Positions 1 through 14,793 of a stretch of 64,000 bases of DNA are shown here, piece by piece. The notes under the pieces are model-generated. The model was not told where the DNA came from and searched no databases. It saw only the letters and a program-made list of their open reading frames with translations. This DNA is from Paraspadella gotoi. Taxonomy: Eukaryota; Animalia; Chaetognatha. Every line of letters starts with the position of its first letter. Position 1 is the first letter of the stretch. Location: assembly GCA_051294375.1 (NCBI GenBank), contig CM119263.1, positions 29,972,099-30,036,098 on the forward strand, given 5' to 3'. A program made the position numbers and the translations under genes.

Positions 1-71
1 TCGTTGATATAAAAAATAAAATATATATATTTGATAAAAAGATTATGAAATAATAAATTAATAAGACTTAC

Positions 72-1637
72 TTTTGCGACGGGAACCGAGAAAGTTTCGT
101 CAATTTGTGGGGAAGGATTCTTCTTATAAACGTGAGTTTGAAAAATGGGAGGGGAAGCTAAAAATAGGTAGATTTAAATAAATATTAATTTATTAAGCAT
201 TTATTAATTTTAATTAACGTTGGTTTTAAAAAAAGTTTTCTCACTCAAGGGCGAAAACTTCTCGTCCTCGTTCCGCTGTTCTTTTTTTCGCGTTCGCGGT
301 TTGAATCTCAAGCTGCCGGTAGAGGCGCTCCGAAAGCCGGGACCTTTGCGAGTCGCGACTGACAAAAGACACAATTTTAATCCTTCAACGCGACGTAGCT
401 TTTCCAATCAATTAAATTATTAATATTGAATCGATAATTTATCCTTAAATAATTCAAAATAATAACGATTGATACTTAATTAATTTTAAATATTAATGTT
501 TTAATCGTATTTAAATATCTTTACGGGTGAAGGCCTCGTTCTTTTCAGCCTCGCCGTCATCCCCAGAATTCAAAGTCATCTTGGGAAGATTTTCGCTCCA
601 GGAAATTTTCTTTCCCGCGCTTCGTACAGAGCGACGGCGTTTGAGGGAGAACTGGAGCAGAGAATAAGGGGAGGTGGAGTTATTATGTTTTGAGAGAAAA
701 GGAAAATGGAGCAATATGAAGTAGTTTAATGGGGAATGAGGAGCAGTGACCATCATCTGCAGACATCTATACTACGTCATCTGTAATTCTTCCCTTCCAT
801 CTCTTCACAGACTACCGTACTGTCCCACTTTGTGAAGTCGTGCATTGCAATATGTTCATCGTTAATCCCGCCTATAAGCATCACACCTTCAGACGTGACC
901 CGGTGGCTCAGTAAGTAATACAATCAGCTCCTGACCATTAGGTACCGGGATCCATCCCCAATGGTACCTATCCTGCAGAAAGCGTGAGAGCGGCCGTAAA
1001 CCGCCTTGGGGGCGGACCCCCGGACCCATTCCATTGCTGAGGGGACGCAGAAGATACAGATAGTAGTCTTCAGCCCACCTGTAATACCTCCCTCCTATCT
1101 GCTCATTGACCTATCAGTAGCGCAAACCATCATCTGCATCCATCTGTAATATTCTCTCTCCCATCTACTCACCGATCTCCTCGCGTTTTCGTTAAGGACC
1201 AACAACCGGATGTAAGGATTCGAGGTTCCGCTGATCGCTCTGCCAGTCAGATTCTTGGCTGATTTGAGATCGACTGTGAGGATTTCCTAGAATTGTTCAT
1301 CAGTCAGATTAGAGATAAACTCTTAAGCATTAGAGTCATATTTATTCTTGTGAAATGTTAAACCGAATGCTCAAAATGAACTTTAACTCATGACTTTTAC
1401 AATAATTTACTATATGCAAATTAGATTTATGAACAAAATATCATTTGGTAGTTTACTAAGAATCTATTATATCAATTACATCTTTTTTTTTAATAATAAA
1501 AAAAATTACATCAATTGTGTAATTGTTTAATCTTACAAGTAAATTATTCTAATATTTTAAGTTAATTGCTCAAGTCAGTTTTCTTCCAAAAATTTCGACA
1601 TTAAAATACAAGTTTTTCCAGGAACGACGGGTGTGTT

Positions 1638-1704
<67 letters not shown>

Positions 1705-4074
1705 TACCTTGACGGGATCGTAAAAGAGTTTGAAAGCGAGGCTTCCTCTGTCGACGAGACTTTGAGTTGAGAGTCCGCTCCTTGACTCCTCCTTCGAAGA
1801 GTCTTCTTCTGATTGGGTCGTCGAGTCCAAGGATTCACTTTTACGTCGCAGCTTTGACTTTAATCCTTTGCTCTGTTTTGTTTCAAGTTTGGGTTTTTTT
1901 TTAAGAGAAAACAAAGTAAAAACGGGTTTTGTGAATAAAGAAAATTATTATGTTATAGAAAAAAAATATTGAGGTTTGATTACAAAAACACTCGGGAAGG
2001 TAATTTAACAATCCCTCGCGGGAATGAAAGATTTAGGGGAAAAAATGAATTTATTAAGTTTTAAATATTTGATATTCATTTTTAATCTATGTATTTGTGC
2101 AAGATTTGTACGTTTTTTCACCCAAACAAAGAAAATAACTTTTCTTTTCTTCAAAAAAAGGAAAATAAAAAATCTCTTTCCCCAAAACGAATAAAAGACA
2201 TGAAGACAAAAAAAGCGGATGAATCATTTACAAAACTTAACAGTTAACTTAACATTTAAGTTATAAGTACCGGTAGCCGACCAAATTCCATTATTGGTAT
2301 TTGTTATTGTGTTAAAATATTTTTTTGAAAAAATTTTCGGAACCTTGAGTATTTCACTAATTAAAATTATTATATTGCATATGATGTAAAAATTTTAAGT
2401 ATAAAAAAATTAAGCAAAAAATGTAATTACAACTTTTTTAAAATTTTGATGTTTTATTACTGAAAATAAAAAAAATTTTGACCCACTTATCATCAGAATA
2501 TTGAAAAAATAATTATACTTTGTATAGACAACTTTTTATAAGCTATCTGAATCTGCATTTAAATAAATAAAAAATTCAAAAATAATTTTTTTGACATTTC
2601 CTATCTATATAAATAAATATTAAAAAATAATTACTAGTTTTTCTCGCCATTTTAGACAATTTTTGTCCATTGAAAGTTTTTTCAGAGACGTATGAAGTTT
2701 CATTTTGGAAGGTGCCCAAATCAAACTACTGACATTGACAAAGATTGGCCCTATTATAAGTATGAATGTTTTCTTAATTATGATATTTAACTTAACGTAA
2801 CGTAAATTTTTTCTTACCCAACGTCGATTTTTTGCTGAGTCTACGAACTAAGTTTAAATTGGCAGAGAAACAAAAAGTTGTCTTTAATAAATACTTAACA
2901 ATTATTAAAAGGTATTTGTAAAGCATTAATTTACCGGCCGCTTTTTCTTGCTGTTGTTGTTGTTGTTGTTGTTGTTATTGGCGTCAGAGTCGCTGATTCC
3001 ATCCGAAGATGGAATTCCGCCGCCAGAGAGAAATGAACCGCGCATCACGCCGCTGCTGTCTCGGCCGAACTATGAGAGAGAGGGGGAGAGAGAGAGGAAG
3101 AGGGAGAGAGAGAGAGGAAGGGGAGAGAGAGGGGGGGAGAGAGAGAGAGGGGGAGGGAGAGAGAGGAGGGAGGGAGAGGGGTAAGGAAGAGAGAGTGGGG
3201 GAGGAGAAGAGAGAAGGGGAGGGAGAGAGAAAAGCGGAGAGAGAGAGAGAAGGGGGAGAGAAAGGGGGGAGGGAGAGAGAGAGAGAGAGAAAGAGAGATA
3301 GGGGAGAGAGAGAGATGAAAAAGGAGGGAGAAAGAGAGAGAAAGAGGGGCGAGAATAGGAGTGTGAGAGAAAGATGAGAAAAGAAAAGAAAAAAAGAGAA
3401 GAACAAAAAAATTAATATAATTTAATATATCTAATTTAATTTAATTTAAAAACCAGCGTCGACAACAACATCCAGAATCAAAACAACAATTTCCACAACC
3501 ACAAGGTTAATAACAACCTCAACCACAACCTCAACCACAACTCCTCCTACAACCACACTTCTCCCCACAGACCTGCGACCAAAATGACTTTTTCTCATCG
3601 ACGATCGAATCGTCGAAGGCAATCGCTCGAGCTGAATCTTCCGCCTCGAATTTCGTGTAGCCTCGACCTGGAATAATAATGATAAAATAATTAATTATAA
3701 TGATAGATAATAGCCCTATTTATATTATTGTATTCCTTAATTTGATTGGCGGGCAATAAAATTTAAAGTGTTTATATTCGTTAGACTTGTTTCGTTAATA
3801 TAAGCTCATTTAAACTTATTATGTTCGTTTAGTTTATTTTTCCTAATAATCTTTATTCATTTTATCTTATTTTCGCTTATGTCGCTCAATTTTTAAATTT
3901 GGGGTTTTTTTTATGTTAATATTTATTCTTTTTTGACTTAATCGCTCGCTGCAGTCAACCGACGTTTTTCGTTTTAATTTCGTTTTATTTTTTGATTAAG
4001 CGGTGATTTTCTAATTAAGGTTTGATAAAAGAGGGTTTTTTGTTGAGCTGTTTTACACAGTGCTCGCTCTCGCG

Positions 4075-4133
<59 letters not shown>

Positions 4134-4836
4134 AATTGCAGAAAATCAATGTTCATTATCTCTCTGTCTCATTCACAAATTCCGTGACTGTCAATAAAAA
4201 CTCCAAGTTCGAAGTGTCAGCTGCGATTCGAACCAAATAATTATTGTTAAGCAAATATCATTAAACACTTTTTTTCGCCATTGTCCTTACTTTTCTCCCT
4301 CTGCTATTTAGTTTTAGTATTATATTTATATTTAAATATTTATCTTCCACTTCTTTCATCTTTCTGTTTCCTTCTTCACACTTTTCCTTTCCTCTTCCTC
4401 ATTCCTCATTGTCATAGAAATCTATATTATTGTCCTCCTAATTGCCATTAGTTCTCCATCTCCCTCCCTCTTTCTCCCTCTTTCCTCCCCCTCTCCCACT
4501 CTTTCCTCCCCCTCTCCATTTCCCTTCCTCTTTCTCCCTCCTTCTATTCCCTTTCTTTCACCTATGCTCTTTCTTCCCTCCCTTTGTTTCTTGCACTTTC
4601 CATTCTTTCCTTTTTCCTTTCTCCCCCTCCTCCTCCCTCTCTCCATCTCCCTCCCTCTCCATCTCCTTCCCTCTCCCTCTCCCTACCTCCCTCTCCCTCT
4701 CACCCGCGTTTCCCAATATCTTCTCTCTCAACCAACATCCCGTATAAGAGACGCAGCAGACGAGAATCAAAGTGACGACGACGAAAACGATGAGAGCGAC
4801 AGCGATAAAGAGTTTAGTCTCGCTGCTCAACGCCAT
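72..4836 (-). CDS. Synaptotagmin-like protein (N-terminal TM, linker, C2A); 3' part lies beyond the left edge
   Basis: Phase-consistent GT-AG exons: 4704-4836, 3573-3667, 2935-3069, 1708-1872, 1173-1286, 525-651, 245-358, 72-157. Translation gives MALSSETKLFIAVALIVFVVVTLILVCC (TM plus Cys pair), then GSLAFKLFYDPVKEILTVDLKSAKNLTGRAISGTSNPYIRLLVL and FQTHVYKKNPSPQIDETFSVPV. These match the synaptotagmin C2A pattern (G.L...L.YD / L.V....A..L....GTS[DN]PY / F.T.V..K...P...E.F). Confidence 0.85.
893..1080 (+). mobile_element. tRNA-derived SINE-like element in a synaptotagmin intron
   Basis: A-box-like GGTGGCTCAGTAAG and B-box-like GGGATCCATCCC. The body (atccccaatggtaccta...taaaccgccttg...ttccattgctg...cagaagatac.gatagt.gtcttcagccca) recurs at about 9985-10140. 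Confidence 0.6.
2401..2745. repeat. Dispersed AT-rich interspersed repeat (probable transposon relic)
   Basis: Shares blocks (taattacaactttttaaaattttgatgttttattac; taagctatctgaatctgc; gtccattgaaagtttt; tatgaagtttcattt) with about 29003-29355, and with about 48278-48625 in the duplicated copy. Confidence 0.7.
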
Positions 4837-6960
<2,124 letters not shown>

Positions 6961-7008
6961 ATTAGTCGTCGTCCAAGATGACGTCAGGCGTCGCCTTCTC
7001 AATTCAAG

Positions 7009-7036
7009 ATGGCGACGACACATCGACGACAGATCA

Positions 7037-7085
<49 letters not shown>

Positions 7086-7951
7086 AACAATCCTTCCGTC
7101 AAAGTCATCACCTCCGAAGCCAAAAACACTTCGTCCAGGATCTCCAATCTCCACAATCTTCACCCACTTGAAGCCATCTTCGACGAGCTCTTGCAGCCTC
7201 TCTCAAACTCCTTTGACCCTCAAACCTCACAATCACGTCCCCTTCATTCTCTTCTCTCTTCTCTTCTCTCTCTCGCTCGTCCAAATGGGTGCGCCAACGG
7301 CTGCGCCAACCACAGCGCTAACAGCTGCGCCAACCACAGCGACAACCACAGCGCCAACGGCGTCGAATCCTTATTCTCTTCCGAGTTTCGTGGTTCCTCT
7401 TCACCGCGCCAAAAATCCCGTTGAGGTTCGCCGCTGTCATGTCATGTCATGACATGTCATGTTAGATCAATATGTTTGTCGAATTACAGCGTGTTAAATC
7501 ACCAAATTAACAAAAACTTAGATCCCAAAATGTCAGAAATATTAGCTGTTTTTTACAATATAATATTAATTTACAAATGTGAAATAGTGTTACATAATTG
7601 TAACGAGCTCCTTAATCCACTTCTCCCTTCTACTTACGCAGAAAACGCCCTTTCACCCCTTCTCCGGTTCCCATGGCAACGGGACGCGTCTCTCCGCCGA
7701 GTCTAATCTCGTAACAGAAAATCAAAAGCGAAAAGTGACGGAGGGAGAAGTGAATTTCGTCCAAGCGATCGGAGGCAGTCCGGGGGAAGGGTTCTACGTG
7801 GCGATGGACTTTGGAACGCCGAAGCAGGTCGGGAACACGTGTAGAAGTGGGTGAGGGACGGACAGATGGACACAAAAACAGACAAAGACAGACATAGACA
7901 AAGACAGATAAACAGACACCAAATCATAGAAACAAAGACATAGAAATAAGA

Positions 7952-7990
<39 letters not shown>

Positions 7991-10900
7991 ACGAGAAGAG
8001 AGAGAGAGAGAGAGAATTAACTGATTAAATATATGTCATCATCTTTGTCGTAACCTTTGTCATCGTCATCTCCTTCGTCATTCTCAACCTCATACTTGCC
8101 TCCCAATTTATTAATTAACCTCGATGTTCGACTTCTTTCCGCGATCAGCGCCTCAACGTCCTCGTGGACACCGGAAGTTCCAACTTCGCCGTCGCGGGTG
8201 ACGCGTCGCAAAACGTCGCGGTTTATTTCGACGAATCCGCTTCTTCGACGCTGAAGAAATTGTGGCGGAGAATTTCGCTCAAGTACACGCAGGTCGGTGA
8301 TGGAGCTGTGGTTGTATTCGTTGATGTTGTCTGAAGATCGTCGTCGTTGTATTAATCGTTGCTGTTGTTGTTCTTTGATGTTCTTTGATGGATCGGTCGT
8401 CTAAATTTCACAATTGAAAAGTGCATTTAAGTAAGCAGACAGGGATTTCGATATGAAATCAAGGTAGAATTTATTTGTAGAATAACTTTTAAAAAATATT
8501 TGGGCAACGATTATACTTCGATTTTTCTCTAAAAATACAATTAATTCACTTACCTTAAACCTCATTTTTCTTTGCCCTTACCCGAACCCGGTATCTCTGC
8601 CTCTCTTACGCATTACTTGCTTTAACTCCGCTTAACTTATTTTCGCCATTTTCTTCTCATCTACCTCCTCTTTCCGCCCCTCTCTTCCTCCCTCTCCTTT
8701 CTTCTGTCTCCCTCTCCCTCTCTTCCTCCCTCCCTCCTCTGCTCCCCTCTCTCTCTATTTTCTTCCCTCCCCTTCTGTCTCCCTCTCTTCCTCCCTTCCC
8801 CCTCTGTCTCCCTTTCTCTCTATTTCTTCCCGTCCCCCTTCTGTCTCCTCTCTTCCTCCCTCCCCCTTCTGTCTCCCTCTCCCACCCTTCTTCCCTCCCC
8901 TCTCTGTCTCCCTCTCCTTCATTTCGTTCCCTCCCCCATTCTTTCTTCCTCTCACCTCCATCTTCTGTCTCCCCGCCCCATTTTCCTTCCCTCCCCTTTC
9001 TCTCTCGTTCTTCCCTTCCCCACTCCTCCTCCACTCCCTCCTCCCTTTCTTCTCCAGGGAGAGTGGGTGGGTGAACTCGTTTCGGACGTCGTCTCTCTGG
9101 CCGACACTTCCCCGACGGCTTCGGCCAGAGCGCCTTTCGCCCTCATCACCTCGTCTAAGAACTTTTTCCTCAAGTGGGCGGACTGGCAAGGTGAGAGGCA
9201 AGGTTACTGGCAAGGTGAGAGGCAAAGTTACTGGCAAGGTGAGTGGCAATTAAGCTGGCAAGGTCAGTGGTCAGTTTAAAAGATGAGTTGTAATGTTACT
9301 TACAAGGTGAGTGGCTATTGTAGTGGCAGGGTGAGTGGCAATGGTATTGGCAAGGTTAGCCGCTATTCTACTGGCAAGATAAGTGACAATGTTATTTCCA
9401 TGGTGGAGTTGATTTAAATTAACAATTAACAAATTAACAAGTTAACCATAAAGCTTCTGACAAACTTATTTTTCGGAAATATCGATCGTTTGATGAAAAG
9501 CGGCCGAGAAATGTCAATCATGGTGACCTTCGTCTGGCGACAAATTTGTCGGCGACTTTAATGAAAAAAAAACCAAAGTTGATGAGACGATTTAATACGA
9601 GGTCATTTCTGCCGAATCAAAGATAGAGCAACAGAATGTGACATAACGAANNNNNNNNNNAATTAACAATTAACAAGTTAACCAGCATAAAGCTTCTGAC
9701 AAACTTATTTTTCGCAAATATCGATCGTTTGATGAAAAGCGGCCGAGAAATGTCAATCATGGTGACCTTCGTCTGGCGACAAATTTGTCGGCGACTTTAA
9801 TGGAAAAAAAAACCAAAGTTGATGAGACGATTTAATACGAGGTCATTTCTGCCGAATCAAAGATAGAGCAACAGAATGTGACATAACGAATAAATCACGT
9901 TATATAATCAATATTTAGTCGGGAAATGCGCCAAGTTGACCCCGACTCGAAACCTCATTGAGTGAAGTCATGAGCTCATGACCATCAATCCCCAATGGTA
10001 CCTACCCCGAGGGAAGTGTGAGGACGGCCCTAAACCGCCTTGAGGCCCGAGAAAACCCTCTCGCCTGGTTCAAAGCCCAGGACCCGTTCCATTGCTGCTG
10101 AGGGGGCACAGAAGATACGGATAGTGGTCTTCAGCCCACTTAGCTCCTTATTCTCAAAATAGCCTTTTAAACGACACGTCGAATATTACTTAATGATAAT
10201 GATAATTATAGAGGAATGATGTGTAATATCTATTTAGAAAACGAGGGCAGAAAATAATCAAACCTTGTGTTGTATTGATGCTTCCTCTATTTCCAGAAGA
10301 CAACGCTAACAACCCTCTAACGATAGTAATAATAATAATAATGATAATAATTTTCTAAATTAAAAACAAAAAATTAATAAAAGCTAATAATAAAAAATAC
10401 ATAAAATTAGAGTAAATAAAATAATATATCTATTTTCCATAACTCCTCCATCTGCAATCTACCCATTGCAATTCCACCCCTCCCCGCCCCCCTCAATTTC
10501 CTTGCAGGCATCTTGGGCCTTGCCTTCAAACGAATAAAATAATTTTGCTATTTTCAATAACTCCTTTATCTCCATTTCAACTTACCTCTTCCATCTGCAA
10601 TCTACCCATTGCAGGCATCCTGGGTCTCGCCTTCAAACGACTCGCGCAGCCGAAACAAGATCTCCCGACTTTCGTCGACCTCGTCGTCGCTGATCATAAA
10701 CTCGACGACGTCTTCACTCTCGAGGTTGTGATAGATTTTATGACATTGAGACGGATTATGACAGTACTTTGTGATAATGATAACCACTTTACCAAAATTA
10801 GTCGATCTGTTTTCAAACAACGATAGTTTTGTTTTAAAAATCGCAACTTTTTGTGCGATATTAACCATTATCTCTTTTTGCTTCCTTCCTGTAACATATG

Positions 10901-11546
10901 GCCATGGGGCGGCGAGAGCGGGGGACATGGGCGGCTCATATAACCGTATCTCTATTGCCACTCATGGTTAAGAATAAGCGTCTCATCTAGTCAGAAGGTT
11001 TAACAAATTTCGATCCATCCCTCAGACTGGAGGAGAGGCACAATGATTGTGATTAAAAATAAAACGAAATTAAGTCAAACACCAATGCCATGTTGCAAGT
11101 CCTGGAGGCAGAAGTTAGAGCATTGGAGTAATTCTCAAGGCAGAAAGTCGGTAATCAAAAACTAAAAACTAAAATTATGGAGAGCAGGGGGGGGGGCCCG
11201 GCCAGAGGGCCAGTGGAGGAGCCCGCCATTTCTCTCGCCGCCCCTGATATTGCCCATTGTGACCTATCCTGACCCATCCTGACCCTTCCACGCCCATCTT
11301 GTCCTCTCCCGACCCAACGTGACCAACCCTGACTTACCCTCACCCATATCTGATCCTTTTGACCCCCAGTTGTGCGGCAGCGAAATTTTCCTGGAAGGCG
11401 GAGGAGCCAAGAGCTCGGGTCATCTCTCCATCGGCGGAGTGAATCCCAAAGCGTTTGAGGGAGAAATCTTCTATTCTCCTCTACAGAAGTGAGATCCAAT
11501 TGCAGGCGAGAGAAAGTAAAATTGAAGCAGGAGACATTTTATTTAT

Positions 11547-11640
<94 letters not shown>

Positions 11641-14020
11641 TCAGGGCGATGTACTACGAAGTCGTCATCGCCGACATTGACGTCAACGGGGAATCTCTTC
11701 AAGTTCCATGCGGCGCCTACAACAGCGATAAGACCATCGTCGACAGCGGCACAACCAACATGCAGGTGGATGAGAAGCTGTTGTCACTGATGTTGTTGAT
11801 GAAAGACGATGCTGTTGTTGTTTTTGATGATGTTGTTCTAATTGATGTTATTAATGTTGATGTTTTTTTTTTCTCTATTTTATACATAATTCTTTGTTTT
11901 TTCTATCCTTTTAATATTATATATTATTATTAATTATCAGTGTATGATTTAGTGCAGAGTCAGAATTTTAGCTTTGATAAATATAGAATTATGTGTTTTG
12001 TTCGTTTCAATTAAATGCCACAGTATTGAAAACATTAAGGAAAACATACAAAACCAGTTCTAATTTTACAATTATGTATAACTTTAACAAGAAAGGAATA
12101 GGTTAACTATCGATTTTATTAAGAATGTTATATTTCATCCACACTTATATTTATAAATTCACTTTAAACAAGCGAGGGAAGGGGTATAATTATCAATATT
12201 AAATTAAACGTAATTACATAACCAATCCCAAATGCACCGACCCCCCCCTTAAAACTCCAACACCCTTCTCTTCCTCCACAGCTCCCGGATTCCGTCTTCA
12301 GGAAGCTGATCTCTTCCCTCCAACGATCCACGAGCCACTCGGGAATTCCTCTAGAGTTTTGGTCTCGAGAAAAACTTCTCTGTAATCGGGACGGGATTAT
12401 CGATTTCTCTCTTTTCCCTACAATCGGAATTTCCCTCTTTTCCGACGAATACAAGTAAATACAATAAGATTCAAATGGGTTAGGTTTTGATAGATTCATT
12501 TATTGACTGATTAACTGATGAATTAGGTTTTGATTGATTCATCTATTGACTTATTGACTGATAAATTAGGTTTTGATTCATTCATCTATTTCGTTGTGAT
12601 AATGATTGACTGATGAATTGATTTTGTTGTCCCAGTTATTCAATAATTGACCGACAGACTTAAAAACTGATTTATTGCTTGATTGATATATTAGATATTA
12701 CTTTATTGATTTATTTGATTTGAGTTAATTGATTGCTTTCAATTTATGCGATTATTGTGAATGATGTGTTCTAGTTGGTTCTTATTATGTTGCTCATTTT
12801 CTTAGATTGGATTGATTGTTTGATTTATTGATATAATTGATCGAATAAGCATTGATTGATTGGTCAGTTGACTGTTTAGAAAGACGGAATCGATTTGATA
12901 GATTGATTGATTGATAAATGATAATTATGAATCACTGCATCACTTCTCAACATCTCCCTCACCTCCTCACTCCAGCGCCTTCCGCATCCACTTCCGTCCC
13001 CAGCAATATCTCCGCGCCGTCTCCACTTACGGCATCGACGGCACCTGCTACAAATTCTCCATCACGTCGTCAGGTGGCCTCGGTTCCGGTTCCATCATTG
13101 GCGGCGTCGTCATGGAAGGATTTTACGTCGTCTTTGATCGAGAGAGGATGAGAATCGGATTCGCCGGGAACGCCTGCAAGGAGAAAGGAAAGATGTATGT
13201 GGCGAAATGGTCACTACCATATTTTACTTAACTTTACTAAGATACTTAATTAAACCTAATTTTACTTTTTTTTATTAATAACAAAAACAGTATTAACATA
13301 ATCATAAACGGTAACACTGTAAAAGACTGGAAAACGATACTCGAGTAAAAACTTAACTATTGAAATTCAACATTATCAAAAGAAACTAAGGTTTAAAATA
13401 TTTTGATCTAGTTCATAAGAAACTATAAAATATAACGTTAAGCTGACTAATTTTCAAAAAATTGGGGAATCCCCAAAACAGAAGAATCGGTCCATGGTAA
13501 TAAAGAATTGAATTGAATTGAATAGAATTGAATTGAATAGAATTGTTGAATAACTTGTTAACATTCTTTTAACTTGTGAGCTTCAAGTCTAACTGACTGC
13601 CTGATTTTAGATATAAAAAAAACTAAATTTAGGAATTTATTGGTCACAAAAATGAGAACAACTAAACTTTGAAGAGACACAATATTATTTCATCACCTAT
13701 TTTATAAAAACAAGACAATATGCAAATGAGATTAAGGGAATCTATTTTATTCACCTCCCCAACCCACCCATCCAGAGCCACCATCCACTCCAGCCTCACC
13801 CCACCCTCCCGCGCCGCCTCCAACCTCTCGTCATGCGCCTTCGCCGCTGCCTACGAGTTCGACGGGGACTTTGACCGGAATGAAAGACTCATGATCGCGT
13901 CTTACGCTTTGGGGGGCGTGGCCGTCTTTCTGCTCGGGGTCATGCTCGTTTCTCTTGTCGGGCCGAGCGTGTTCGGGAAGAAGGGGAAGGGGAGAGATCA
14001 GAGCGAGTACGAGCAATTTA

Positions 14021-14025
<5 letters not shown>
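7009..14025 (+). CDS. BACE: Beta-secretase (BACE)-like membrane-anchored aspartic protease, about 623 aa, 10 exons
   Basis: Exons 7009-7425, 7642-7827, 8149-8292, 9058-9190, 10615-10724, 11370-11488, 11645-11765, 12282-12454, 12976-13194, 13776-14025, all phase-consistent. Catalytic motifs are LVDTGSSNFAV and IVDSGTTN. Also present: flap YTQGEWVGEL, WQGILGLAF, YYEVVI, PQQYLR, IIGGVVMEGFYVVFDRERMRIGFA and a C-terminal TM helix. The start codon is the least certain part. Confidence 0.93.
9182..9392 (+). repeat. 12/24-nt tandem repeat containing copies of the BACE exon-4 splice donor
   Basis: Unit is approximately actggcaagGTGAGaggcaaggtt. Donor-like junctions follow 9190, 9214, 9238, 9262, 9306, 9330 and 9354. 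Confidence 0.85.
9421..9890. other. About 230-bp sequence duplicated on both sides of a 10-N gap (9651-9660); contig-overlap artefact
   Basis: About 9431-9650 is near-identical to 9661-9890. Confidence 0.85.
9985..10140 (+). mobile_element. Second, 5'-truncated copy of the SINE-like element
   Basis: Colinear similarity to 955-1078. Confidence 0.6.
10904..11246. mobile_element. Non-autonomous DNA transposon (MITE, hAT-like) in BACE intron 5
   Basis: Terminal inverted repeats GGGGCGGCGAGAG (10906-10918) and CTCTCGCCGCCCCTG (11232-11246), with a further subterminal inverted match (gggcggctc / gagcccgcc). The flanking 8-mers atatggcc and atattgcc match at 7/8 positions, consistent with an 8-bp target-site duplication. 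Confidence 0.7.
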
Positions 14026-14101
<76 letters not shown>

Positions 14102-14433
14102 GAATGATATTAATTTATTAATGTGTTATTGGTCCATAGTTCTAGTCGGTGGATGGGGTTTTTTCAATTTTATTTTTTATACGTAACTATCTTAATAGTC
14201 AAATACAAATCGCGTAAGTTACTTTTGCTTTTTGAATTTTTTTAAAATTTGGGAGCTTTAGCTAATGTCTAAGAGTTATTCATAACTTGATAACTTAATT
14301 CCTTCAGTCTTTCATTCCTTAACTCTTCAATGAAAGCATCAAACGAACGTCATTTTCTTTATTGCACAAACATAGAAAAACATATTAAACGAAATGAATA
14401 AAAAAATGCGCGGCGATTAATATAAATGTTTTA

Positions 14434-14754
14434 TCACATGGCGTCGGCTTCTTCCTCTTGCGCATTGGCGGCCATTTCTCTCTCCAACGCCTGCAGTTGC
14501 TCGAAGATCTGATACTCCTCTTGCATCACCATGTCGTATCGTCTGAATGAAAGAAACTATTATTTATGGCAGCTGATTTATCTTAACTAAACGGCAAAGA
14601 GTGAAAGTGAATATTGCTTTGACTGTTGCTTTGAATATATTAACATTTAACTGTATTATATATTACTTATTGGATTTTGTAGTAAAGCCTAAAACACAGG
14701 AGAGATAGTTATGTCCTGATAATAATGATATAATTATGACAATAATAATACAAC

Positions 14755-14793
<39 letters not shown>

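Noticed and set aside
2948-3406. ER/SL-rich ORFs here and at many other (GA)n tracts
   Set aside because: They are products of purine/pyrimidine microsatellites, apart from the real exon 2935-3069.
6978-7424. Alternative 148-aa poly-Asp ORF as the BACE first exon
   Set aside because: It stops at 7424, before the donor, and lacks the hydrophobic segment in the BACE frame. The 7009 frame splices in phase.
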